A DNA stretch of 37,623 bases from a virus (taxonomy: Duplodnaviria > Caudoviricetes): the IMG/VR virus record IMGVR_UViG_3300034019_000896, positions 1 to 37,623 of that record; one strand, 5' to 3'. The notes beneath the pieces are model-generated. The model saw only the letters and a list, made by a program, of their open reading frames with translations. It did no database searches and had not been told where the DNA came from. The first letter of the stretch is position 1, and every line of letters begins with the position of its first letter. Positions 8,072 through 15,490 of the stretch are shown in pieces. The position numbers and the translations under genes were made by a program.

Positions 8072-8395
8072 TCATTCTAGGCCTTTTCTGCGCAATATTT
8101 CCATCAGCGATTCCCGCGCGCGCTCGTACACGACTTCCAGCGGCTCACCTAGCGGCCGGCTGGTGCCCAGCACCGCATTCGACACGGCGTCGCGCTCGAT
8201 TGCCGACAGATCGTCCACGGCGGCGTCGACCGCCCTGGCGAGCGAATCCTCGGCAGACGAAAACAGCGCCTCGAAGTCGGTAGCGCCGGTGCCGGACATG
8301 CCGAGCGACCGCGGCCGGAACCCAAGATTCAGATTCGACCGGCGCAGCCACGTGCGCCAGATTTGCAGTAGCTCGGACAGGCGCTTGTCAGTCAT
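8072..8395 (-). CDS. Q-like late antiterminator/regulator (putative)
   Basis: MTDKRLSELLQIWRTW...LGFRPRS...AVDAAVDDL..IER.AV; sits before a promoter, terminator and terS. Confidence 0.6.
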   Translation of the reverse strand: MTDKRLSELLQIWRTWLRRSNLNLGFRPRSLGMSGTGATDFEALFSSAEDSLARAVDAAVDDLSAIERDAVSNAVLGTSRPLGEPLEVVYERARESLMEILRRKGLE

Positions 8396-8559
8396 TGCAG
8401 CCACGCTAGAGCGCCCCAGGCGGCCGCGGCGGTGTACCCCGCTACCCCCATAGCCAGCACCCGCGGCGAGCGCCCGGAATCGGCCAACCAAAGCTCCAGA
8501 AGCACCACCGCGGCGCGGATGCCGCAGTACGCGGCCATAGTTGCGACGTACGTGCTCAA
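8392..8559 (-). CDS. Small membrane protein
   Basis: Two hydrophobic stretches; TTG start overlapping the upstream TGA. Confidence 0.5.
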   Translation of the reverse strand: MSTYVATMAAYCGIRAAVVLLELWLADSGRSPRVLAMGVAGYTAAAAWGALAWLQ

Positions 8560-8711
8560 TCTCGCCCCGCCATTTGCCTGCGCAGCGCGTTCTCGATGCA
8601 GATCAAATGCGCCGCGTACTCCCGCAGCGGACACGTCGCCAGCGGGCCGGCCTGCGTGATTGCACGCGCGGCGGCGTCGGACAGCCACTGAATCATCTCG
8701 TCTATGGTCAT
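8556..8711 (-). CDS. Hypothetical protein (51 aa)
   Basis: MTIDEMIQWLSDAAARAITQ...; stop/start overlaps on both sides. Confidence 0.55.
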   Translation of the reverse strand: MTIDEMIQWLSDAAARAITQAGPLATCPLREYAAHLICIENALRRQMAGRD

Positions 8712-9247
8712 GACACGTTCTCCACTCTCAGCGTCCACCTGCCATTCGCCGCGCGGCGCCGACCGATGCGAATCATGTGCAAGTAGCCCGCGTCTATGCC
8801 GTAATCGGCGGCGATTTCGTGCAGGCTGCGGCTGTCGACACGCATCGCCGCGACTTGCTGGTCCGTGAACCGGGCGTTCGGATTGCGCTCCCCGTACTGA
8901 TACGTTCCGTGCCGTATCCGATCGGCGACGTTCTCCTTTGGCAGTGCCCACCGAAGATTGTCGAGCCGGTTGTTAGCTGGGTTCCCGTCGTTATGGCAGC
9001 AGTAGTGCCCCGGCGGGCGCGCGCCTATAAACGCCTCCGCGACCAACACATGCACCAGCCTCAGTTTGGCGCCCGCCCTTACACGTAGGTGCCCCCATTC
9101 ATTCGGGCGTGACTTCAACACCTTGCCGCGCATCCAGAACCGTACGCCGTCACGCCTGACCACTTCTCGCGCCACTGAGCGAACTCGGCCAAGATCCGAT
9201 GCCTCGAATTGTTCAAGCCCTAAACACGGCGCCCATCTTTCCGTCAT
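8708..9247 (-). CDS. NUMOD4-HNH homing endonuclease
   Basis: ERW....FEASDLGRVRS (NUMOD4), VHVLVAEAFIG, CHNDGNPANNRLDNLRW..KEN..D, C-terminal HTH. Confidence 0.92.
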   Translation of the reverse strand: MTERWAPCLGLEQFEASDLGRVRSVAREVVRRDGVRFWMRGKVLKSRPNEWGHLRVRAGAKLRLVHVLVAEAFIGARPPGHYCCHNDGNPANNRLDNLRWALPKENVADRIRHGTYQYGERNPNARFTDQQVAAMRVDSRSLHEIAADYGIDAGYLHMIRIGRRRAANGRWTLRVENVS

Positions 9248-9549
9248 GACAGATCCACCACGCGCAGCCGGCCGTCGCGGCGCCAGCCCCACACCTCGAT
9301 CCGGAACCCAGCCTCGCGCACCAGGCCGACCAACGGCGAGTCGGCGACCTTGCGCACCCTCTTGCTGACGCTCGTGTCGTCTGTCGCCTGCACAAGCAAA
9401 CGTTCGCCCGCCCGAATTGCCAGGACGTCGGCGAAGCCAAACAAATCGACCTTCCACGTCTTGTGCGGCGTACGCTCGTTGCGCTCGACGACCTCCGCGT
9501 GCCAGCCCTGCTCGCGCAGGTAGGCGAGGCTGCGTGCGGTGGGCGTCAT
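9244..9549 (-). CDS. PD-(D/E)XK nuclease, Holliday-junction-resolvase-like
   Basis: LREQGW...VER...DLFGFADVLAI....LLVQAT. Confidence 0.7.
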   Translation of the reverse strand: MTPTARSLAYLREQGWHAEVVERNERTPHKTWKVDLFGFADVLAIRAGERLLVQATDDTSVSKRVRKVADSPLVGLVREAGFRIEVWGWRRDGRLRVVDLS

Positions 9550-10253
9550 AGATTTAGCCCGTGCTGCTCAGGCTTTGGCGGCTCGTGCGGGATCAGCGGC
9601 GCCTGCCGGTAGGCGTCCTCAATCCGTCGGCAAGCGATGTCGAAGTATTTTGGCTCGCGCTCGATGCCGATGAACTTGCGGCCCATTTGCGCACAAGCAA
9701 CGCCAGTCGTACCGCTGCCCATGAATGGATCAAGAATTACGCTTGCGTCAAGCTTCAGCATAATGCGGACCATCAGCGCCACCGGCTTTTGCGTCGGATG
9801 CTGCAACTGTTCGCCACGCGCAATATTAGCGGCCGGAAGATTTTGAAATAGCGCTGGATCACGAAGAACGGATTCCTGCCGCTTTCCAACCCACTTTGAC
9901 TTGTCTCCCGTAATGTATATCTCCTCATGTGTCAATTTCCAAGGGAATGCCAAATCGCCCATCCCGACGTGAGACCCTTTGTCCCAAACCAGCGTGATGT
10001 GAACGCCGCTAGGTTTCGGACACTTTGGAGACCCGAACCAAACGCCCGCGTCCGCGCGAACTGCAGCAAAAACAGCATCGCGAATTGCCGTGGATTCGTC
10101 CCCGACAATAACCTCGTTTGACTTATTAACCGCTACGTTTAATCCATACGGCGGATCAGTAATTACCGCGTCCACCTTTGGCAGCGTCGGTAATATTTCA
10201 AGGCAATCGCCAAGATAAAGCGTAGCGTCGCCGATACGCTCAACCCTACTCAT
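9546..10253 (-). CDS. DNA N6-adenine/N4-cytosine methyltransferase (beta class)
   Basis: LYLGDCLEIL, TDPPYG, HPTQKPVALM, ILDPFMGSGTTG, FIGIE; ATG at 10253. Confidence 0.95.
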   Translation of the reverse strand: MSRVERIGDATLYLGDCLEILPTLPKVDAVITDPPYGLNVAVNKSNEVIVGDESTAIRDAVFAAVRADAGVWFGSPKCPKPSGVHITLVWDKGSHVGMGDLAFPWKLTHEEIYITGDKSKWVGKRQESVLRDPALFQNLPAANIARGEQLQHPTQKPVALMVRIMLKLDASVILDPFMGSGTTGVACAQMGRKFIGIEREPKYFDIACRRIEDAYRQAPLIPHEPPKPEQHGLNL

Positions 10254-10411
10254 CCCCGCCGCTCCTGATGCCAATCGCCGCGGCACCGATCCATCGCCAA
10301 TTGCACCGCCACCTTCGCCCGCCCCCACCACCGCAGCGTGCGCGGCTCGGCGCACAGCAGCGCGGCGGATGCGTCGTCCTGGCGCGCGTGGCGGCAGGTG
10401 CGGCAGGTCAT
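10250..10411 (-). CDS. Small Cys-rich protein
   Basis: MTCRTCRH...C...C; ATGA overlaps. Confidence 0.55.
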   Translation of the reverse strand: MTCRTCRHARQDDASAALLCAEPRTLRWWGRAKVAVQLAMDRCRGDWHQERRG

Positions 10412-10647
10412 GCGTCGTCGCCCTTCGTCGGTATAGCAACCAACATGCGGTCCAGCGTCTCGTCTAGCGCGCGGCGCAGAAAATCGTGCCATGCGTGGGA
10501 CTCGACGCGCCGGGCCATTGCCTCAAACAGCGCGTAGCACATTTCCGGCGTCAGCCGGTCTTGCGTAATGCGCACGGACAGCCCGGATGCAAGCATGCGC
10601 GCCACGATTGAAATTCCGGCTTCTGCGCCAGCTTCGTCCTCGTTCAT
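10408..10647 (-). CDS. Hypothetical protein (79 aa)
   Basis: Coupled ORF in the operon. Confidence 0.55.
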   Translation of the reverse strand: MNEDEAGAEAGISIVARMLASGLSVRITQDRLTPEMCYALFEAMARRVESHAWHDFLRRALDETLDRMLVAIPTKGDDA

Positions 10648-10868
10648 GTCGCACCGTCATTGCCAGGCCAGCGTTTTTTGAATTCGCCGCACCAACTGTC
10701 CACTAAAACGACCGGCCACTCTCCCCAAGGATCGGATTTCAATTCCGGCCTCCAGTAGGCCGGCATCCGCGGAGCCAATCGGCGGCACTCACCGCTGTCG
10801 CCTTCGTTTCTTGCTTCCCACGACACTAGATCGAAAAACATGCAGTTTGCGCACTGCCTGTCGCTCAT
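10644..10868 (-). CDS. Small zinc-binding phage protein
   Basis: CANCMFF...GECRRLAP...WPVV....WCGEF. Confidence 0.75.
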   Translation of the reverse strand: MSDRQCANCMFFDLVSWEARNEGDSGECRRLAPRMPAYWRPELKSDPWGEWPVVLVDSWCGEFKKRWPGNDGAT

Positions 10869-10935
10869 CGCCGCCCCCCGCTGAATTCGTACACCCGCCC
10901 TTCCGTATCGCGCATCGGCTCGTGGTAGCGGCCGG

Positions 10936-11328
10936 TCATGCCTGCTCCGGCATGCGCTTGACGGCCCCGGCCAGCATGGCCCGGATGCGCGCCAACTGCT
11001 CGGCACCGCGCGCAATCTCCTCCGGCGTGCGCCGCGGAACCGGCAGTGCTCGCCGATGTTCCGGCGCAGGCACCTTCGACTCCACCAGCCGCACGAATTC
11101 CGGCAGCGTCGGCGGCCACGCGCCACACTCAGCCGGCATCGCCCGCACCGCCTCGGCCAATACGTCGCGCGGGAACCGACCAAGCGCACCCGCCCAGGTC
11201 GCCTTGACCTGCTCCGGATTCACGCCAGTCCACATCGCTGACATCTTCTGCACCCCGTACGCGGCGGTCATCCGCTCGAAGATGCGCTCCACCCATGCCG
11301 CCGGCAGCGGCTCGCAAGTCGATGACAT
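10936..11328 (-). CDS. Replication protein, lambda P-like/helicase-loader-related
   Basis: WVERIFERMTAAYG...W...L...WPPTLPEF; ATG at 11328. Confidence 0.7.
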   Translation of the reverse strand: MSSTCEPLPAAWVERIFERMTAAYGVQKMSAMWTGVNPEQVKATWAGALGRFPRDVLAEAVRAMPAECGAWPPTLPEFVRLVESKVPAPEHRRALPVPRRTPEEIARGAEQLARIRAMLAGAVKRMPEQA

Positions 11329-11581
11329 TCGCACTCCCAGTCAACGCCGCGAGCGTCGCTTGGCGGGCGTCCGCCTGCGGCGAAAGGCGCGGCACCCGTT
11401 TGAACCAGTTAGCCACGAACTTTGGCGCGGACTTCGGGCTTGCGGGCCGACGTGCGGGGTTCGTCTCTAGCCAGATCACCATCTGCGCGAATTCATAGTC
11501 GGCAGACGGGTACAGCAGCCGGTAGGAATCGATCACCGCCGGGGGCATCTGGTAGTCGCCGGATTTAGTTGGCAGTTTCAC
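11129..11581 (-). CDS. Short replication-initiator-like protein (C-terminal O-type domain only)
   Basis: LYPS.D..F.QM..WL.TNPARR....KFVANWFKR; GTG start overlapping the upstream TGA; precedes the P-like gene. Confidence 0.6.
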   Translation of the reverse strand: MKLPTKSGDYQMPPAVIDSYRLLYPSADYEFAQMVIWLETNPARRPASPKSAPKFVANWFKRVPRLSPQADARQATLAALTGSANVIDLRAAAGGMGGAHLRADDRRVRGAEDVSDVDWRESGAGQGDLGGCAWSVPARRIGRGGAGDAG

Positions 11582-12093
11582 GCGGCCCCCCATGTGACGC
11601 TCATCGCGTCGCGCATTGCGTCAAACAATTCCGCCGTTGGCACCGCGACACTAACCGTCATGTAATTCCCGTTATCCGCCTCAACGCGCCTATGTCGCTT
11701 CGTCCAATCGTGGCGGTTTTCCCGCCACGCGAACCGCAGCGCGTGGAAAGGCAGCAGGTAACAAATTTTCGACGGCAACACGGCATAAGCGATGTAATCG
11801 CAAGCTAAGTCTTTTGCGACCCAGCCAGGCACGCGGCGGTCGACGTCCGACCAGTACTCAAGCAACACGTCTCCGTAATCTGTCTCGCGCACCTTTTCAT
11901 CGACATGCAACGACTTGCCGGAAGCCAGGATCAGCACGCGGTCAATACCCCCGCGCTGCGCCCACCCGTCGGCGCGAGCGCACACCGTCGCCGCCAGCGT
12001 AGGAAACGCTTTTTTGTACACCTGGTCCCATATCGGGTTGTCCGCCTGCTCGGCAGACACGGCCAGCGAGCGGCGGAAGCTGTGAACGGTCAT
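11578..12093 (-). CDS. PD-(D/E)XK-like nuclease coupled to the MT-A70 methylase
   Basis: QRGGIDRVL.....VDEKVR..DYGDVLLEYWS...GW....CDYIAY. Confidence 0.65.
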   Translation of the reverse strand: MTVHSFRRSLAVSAEQADNPIWDQVYKKAFPTLAATVCARADGWAQRGGIDRVLILASGKSLHVDEKVRETDYGDVLLEYWSDVDRRVPGWVAKDLACDYIAYAVLPSKICYLLPFHALRFAWRENRHDWTKRHRRVEADNGNYMTVSVAVPTAELFDAMRDAMSVTWGAA

Positions 12094-13241
12094 GCCGCCT
12101 CCGCTTGATTGCCCCACACGGCCCACCCCGGACGCGGCGAGCGACAGAACAATTCAACGCGCGGGAGATCCCCGTACATTTGTTCGATCAGTTCGTAGAA
12201 CGCTTCTGGCTTTTTGCTGTGCGCCTCGCGCCGGCTACGAACAACCGACGAAGGCCGATTTGCCGGAAGCGGCGTAACAGGGGAGCCTTTAGTCGCAACT
12301 AGCAGCAGTTCGTGCTGCTGGCGGAAGTAATAGCCCATGCCAATCACTTCCTTGTCCCATACCGCGCACGTCCGATAATCAAAGCCCCAGGCGTCAAGCA
12401 CTTTGAACGCCTCTCCAAGCTTCGGACTTGTCGCCCACATAAACAGCACGCAGTCGTCCGTCGCAATCTCGCCAACCGGCAGCGCGCAAATCGCGTCCAG
12501 TTCCATCGTCGGGTACTGGTTCTCAATAGCGCGGCTCTCGGTTTCTATATACTCATAACGCCACGGCGGATCGCAGTAGATCACCGGGAACTTAGCCGCC
12601 ATGTCCAGTGGCCTGTCGCCCGCACTAATCTCGACGATTTTCGCAACACGTTCAGCGCGGCGCCCCTCGGCCTTTTTGGCGCGGATTTCTTTCGCTGCCG
12701 CAAGAATTTCCGACTCTCCGCGCGCCACGATCTCGACTTGCTCGGCCTTCGGCAGTTCGGCAACGTCAGCGGCAGCGGACACGCTCACGCGACCCGCCTG
12801 AACCGCCTGCAGCAATTCCGGCGCTCCGCCGTCAATCACCACTTTCGCGCGCTGCACCGCCCGCCTGTCTACGTTCAGCAGTTCGGCCGCTTCTCGCTGC
12901 GTTACAGGCGCAATTTGCGCCTCTACACGATCGGCCCGAATCCCATGCGGAAGGGTTGCAATGTTTGCCGCCACGATGGCGCGCTGGTCGTCGCTCAAGT
13001 GCCGCCGTCGCAGGTTCAGCGACACCACGAAGCCTAGAACGTCGTAGCCGTCGTACTCGCGCGAATGGCACGGAATGCCCAATTGCTCGCAGGCGTCCCA
13101 GCGGTGCCGGCCGTCAATAAGCAGACCGTTGTGCGTCCAAACCAGCTCGCGCTGGCCGTTTGCAGAAATGTCCGCGACTAGTTCGGCAAATTCGGCCGCC
13201 GCCATTCTCGGGAAAATGTTTGCTACCGGGTGAACTTGCAT
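12090..13241 (-). CDS. ParB-like N-terminal domain fused to MT-A70 adenine methyltransferase
   Basis: LIDGRHRW, NLRRRHLS..QRA, HTH; then IYCDPPW, YPTM, LFMWAT, YFRQQHELLL, HSKKP, RVELFCR..RPGW.VWGNQ. Confidence 0.92.
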   Translation of the reverse strand: MQVHPVANIFPRMAAAEFAELVADISANGQRELVWTHNGLLIDGRHRWDACEQLGIPCHSREYDGYDVLGFVVSLNLRRRHLSDDQRAIVAANIATLPHGIRADRVEAQIAPVTQREAAELLNVDRRAVQRAKVVIDGGAPELLQAVQAGRVSVSAAADVAELPKAEQVEIVARGESEILAAAKEIRAKKAEGRRAERVAKIVEISAGDRPLDMAAKFPVIYCDPPWRYEYIETESRAIENQYPTMELDAICALPVGEIATDDCVLFMWATSPKLGEAFKVLDAWGFDYRTCAVWDKEVIGMGYYFRQQHELLLVATKGSPVTPLPANRPSSVVRSRREAHSKKPEAFYELIEQMYGDLPRVELFCRSPRPGWAVWGNQAEAA

Positions 13242-13489
13242 TCGGGGCTAAATCCCTTGTGTGTGCGTGTTGCGCGTGTACTTCCACCCAAAGACCCCCC
13301 TACCCCCCACGGGTAGAAAAGCCCTTCCACCGCCCTTGCGGGCATCCTGCAATCACCGGCTTGCAGGTCCGACCACCGCGCGGCCCTAGTCCGCGTACCG
13401 ATTGCATCTCGGTTGGATGTCTGCCCTTTCCTTCCGCGCAGCGAGGCAGCAGCGCTCTTCGTTACGGCCCGGAGTGCCGCATTAGTCGT
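13242..13489 (-). ncRNA. Candidate structured RNA or replication-origin element
   Basis: The only long gap in an otherwise overlapping operon; 6-7 consecutive hairpins, a GCAA tetraloop, and a G.U-rich stem containing G6-TA-G6. Confidence 0.5.
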
Positions 13490-13684
13490 TCAGCCCATCC
13501 GATACCGCGCGACGTGCTTCCCCGTCGGCGTCTTAATCTTCTCGACCACGATGGGATGCCCCATCTGCCTAAGCTCAAGCACGCGGCTCGCCAGCCGGAA
13601 GCATCCGAACTCGTGCAGCGCCTCCAGCGGCGTGATCGCGCGGCCGGCGCGCAATGCGTCGAGCACCATCTGCGTCTGCGTCAT
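13490..13684 (-). CDS. Winged HTH protein (HTH_39-like)
   Basis: TQ...VL.AL..G..ITPLEAL..FGCFRLASRV.ELR..G..I. Confidence 0.85.
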   Translation of the reverse strand: MTQTQMVLDALRAGRAITPLEALHEFGCFRLASRVLELRQMGHPIVVEKIKTPTGKHVARYRMG

Positions 13685-14037
13685 CGCGTCTCTCCATCGA
13701 ATCGCACGAATTCGCGCAGCGGCCGAACCTCCCGGCCGTCGAGCAGCCGCACGCGGACCTGGTGTCCGCTCGTGCGCACGACCTTCCCGCGCTCACCCGC
13801 CAGCGCGCCGCAGACCACCACGACCGGCGCACCCGCCGGCGGCAGTCCAACGCCGCCCGTGTCCTGCAGCCACTGCGCCAGCCGCGCGCGGTGACGCTCG
13901 CCGAGCGCGATGTCTCGCCACTCGCGATCCGTGCGATCGCCGCCCGACAGGAGCCAGTGCCGCGACCCGCGCGGCTGCCGACGATGCGCCGCCAGCGCCT
14001 CCGGATCTGCGGCCAGAATGCCGGTCAGCCGAGCCAC
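13681..14037 (-). CDS. Hypothetical protein with C-terminal KOW motif
   Basis: GAPVVVVCGALAGERGKVVRTSGHQVRVRL; GTG start at 14037 is inferred. Confidence 0.55.
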   Translation of the reverse strand: MARLTGILAADPEALAAHRRQPRGSRHWLLSGGDRTDREWRDIALGERHRARLAQWLQDTGGVGLPPAGAPVVVVCGALAGERGKVVRTSGHQVRVRLLDGREVRPLREFVRFDGETR

Positions 14038-14117
14038 GGCGCGTCGTCCGCGGGCGGTGGGGCCGGCGCCGGCTTGGGCAGGCGGCCGAAGGGCCAACGC
14101 GGGTCGCTGCGGTCCAT
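14025..14117 (-). CDS. 30-aa Pro-rich peptide (WPF motif)
   Basis: MDRSDPRWPFGRLPKPAPAPPPADDAPWLG; start overlaps the cro stop (TGATG). Confidence 0.5.
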   Translation of the reverse strand: MDRSDPRWPFGRLPKPAPAPPPADDAPWLG

Positions 14118-14308
14118 CAGGCGGACTCGCGGGCTTGCCGCTCGAAGTGCCGCCGCAGCGCGTCCACCGTCGACGAGCGTGGGTCCGTCGTGACGCCGTA
14201 CTTGATCTTCGCCAGCGTCGGATGGGGCACGCCGGTTGCCTGCTCGAGATCGCGCAACTGCGCCTCCGAGCACCCCTTGACCGCGGCGATGACTTGCAAA
14301 GTGTCCAT
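14117..14308 (-). CDS. cro: Cro-like XRE HTH regulator
   Basis: LRDLEQATGVPHPTLAKIKYGVTTDPRSSTVDAL; divergent from the repressor. Confidence 0.85.
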   Translation of the reverse strand: MDTLQVIAAVKGCSEAQLRDLEQATGVPHPTLAKIKYGVTTDPRSSTVDALRRHFERQARESA

Positions 14309-14316
14309 GGGCGCAC

Positions 14317-14345
14317 AATCTACCGCATCCGGTGTCCTTTGTCTA
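14317..14345 (-). promoter_or_regulatory. PR-like promoter for cro (leaderless)
   Basis: TAGACA-N17-TAGATT, ending 8 nt before the cro ATG. Confidence 0.75.
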
Positions 14346-14357
14346 CCAGATTCGGTG
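14321..14357. promoter_or_regulatory. OR-like operator pair
   Basis: TACCGCATCCGGTG (14321-14334) and TACCAGATTCGGTG (14344-14357), 23 bp apart. Confidence 0.85.
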
Positions 14358-14375
14358 CCCTAAATCGCGTACGCT

Positions 14376-14714
14376 TTGCCCGTGCCCCGCACAACCCTCA
14401 AAGCAGTCCTGTGGCAGAACGTCCGGGCGCTGATGGTGGCGAGGTACGGGAAGGAGAACCTGACCCGGTTGGCGGCCGACTGCCACTTCGGGCCGGGGAC
14501 GGCGACGCGGCTGAAAGAGCAGCGGACGTCGGTCGGATTGGACGTCATCGACCAAATCGCGGTGGCGTTTCAGGTCGATCCGTGGCAACTCCTAGTGCCG
14601 GGGATGAACCCCAGCAACCCTCCCGTACTGCGTCAAGCCAACGACGCCGAGCGCGAGCTCTACAAGCGGCTGCTTCAAGTAGCTAAAGACCTCTCCAGCC
14701 TCGACCCTAAGTAG
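14376..14714 (+). CDS. cI: CI-like repressor (XRE HTH, no S24 peptidase domain); likely start is GTG at 14382
   Basis: LWQNVRALM...LTRLAADCHFGPGTATRLKEQRTSVGLDVIDQIAVAFQVDPWQLL; flanked by operator pairs; TACGCT -10 box at 14370-14375. Confidence 0.85.
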   Translation: MPVPRTTLKAVLWQNVRALMVARYGKENLTRLAADCHFGPGTATRLKEQRTSVGLDVIDQIAVAFQVDPWQLLVPGMNPSNPPVLRQANDAERELYKRLLQVAKDLSSLDPK

Positions 14715-14751
14715 GTTCGCGGAACGGTCCTACAGCCGCTTGTGCGCAACC

Positions 14752-14792
14752 TACCGAATGCGGTTGACACAAGGTACCGCATCCGGTAGCAT
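14752..14792 (+). promoter_or_regulatory. PL-like promoter with OL operator pair
   Basis: TTGACA(14764)-N17-TAGCAT(14787); operators TACCGAATGCGGTT (14752) and TACCGCATCCGGTA (14775), 23 bp apart. Confidence 0.9.
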
Positions 14793-14829
14793 CTCCCCAT
14801 CGCCGCACCCCGCGGCGCAGGAGAGCCCG

Positions 14830-15180
14830 ATGCACACCGACCCGGCCTTGATTGACGCCTACCGGCACACGGCGCGCGCGGTGCGACGCGAGCAAGCGCG
14901 CAACGAATTCATCGACGTCCGCGTGGGCGAGCTCATCTGCATGTTCGACCGCGACCCCGCGCAGCCGATTGCGGCAATTTTTGCCTACGGCCCGCGCGTG
15001 GAGATGCGCGAGGACGTCGTGGCGTTCGCGATCGAAACCGACGGCAGCCCCGACTTGCTGCTCGGCCGGGCGCTCACGTGCCCGCTCGTGCGGCGCGACC
15101 TGGTGGCGCGGTACGCGCTTGCGCGGGCCGAGGTCGAGGCCGACCGGTTAGCCAACGAGTTCGACGATCAGGAGGGCTAG
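14830..15180 (+). CDS. Hypothetical early protein
   Basis: AGGAG RBS then ATG at 14830; first gene after PL. Confidence 0.7.
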   Translation: MHTDPALIDAYRHTARAVRREQARNEFIDVRVGELICMFDRDPAQPIAAIFAYGPRVEMREDVVAFAIETDGSPDLLLGRALTCPLVRRDLVARYALARAEVEADRLANEFDDQEG

Positions 15181-15372
15181 ATGGCTACTTTGTTCTCGCG
15201 GCGCGCGATGAAGCGCGCGGACCCTAACCCGCACGGCCTGACGTGGGCTGACATCCAGCGGCCCCAGCCGCCGCGCCCACCAAGCGGGCTCGCGTTGGCG
15301 CTCTTCATGGCCGGTGCAATCGGTTTTGCCGCCGGCGTCGCGCTGGTGCTGCTGGCGACGGGAGCCGCGTGA
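15181..15372 (+). CDS. Small membrane protein
   Basis: GGAGG RBS; C-terminal hydrophobic helix. Confidence 0.6.
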   Translation: MATLFSRRAMKRADPNPHGLTWADIQRPQPPRPPSGLALALFMAGAIGFAAGVALVLLATGAA

Positions 15373-15488
15373 TGTACCTCGACCTGCTGATCGACTTCCT
15401 GCGCGCCGCCGCGCAAATCGCAGCCGCGGCGTTCGTCGGCTGGTTTGCCGCGGCAGGCGCGGCGTGGATTTTTGGAGGGATGCTGTGA
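15372..15488 (+). CDS. 38-aa hydrophobic peptide
   Basis: Manual translation MYLDLLIDFLRAAAQIAAAAFVGWFAAAGAAWIFGGML; TGATG coupling. Confidence 0.55.
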   Translation: MYLDLLIDFLRAAAQIAAAAFVGWFAAAGAAWIFGGML

Positions 15489-15490
15489 AA

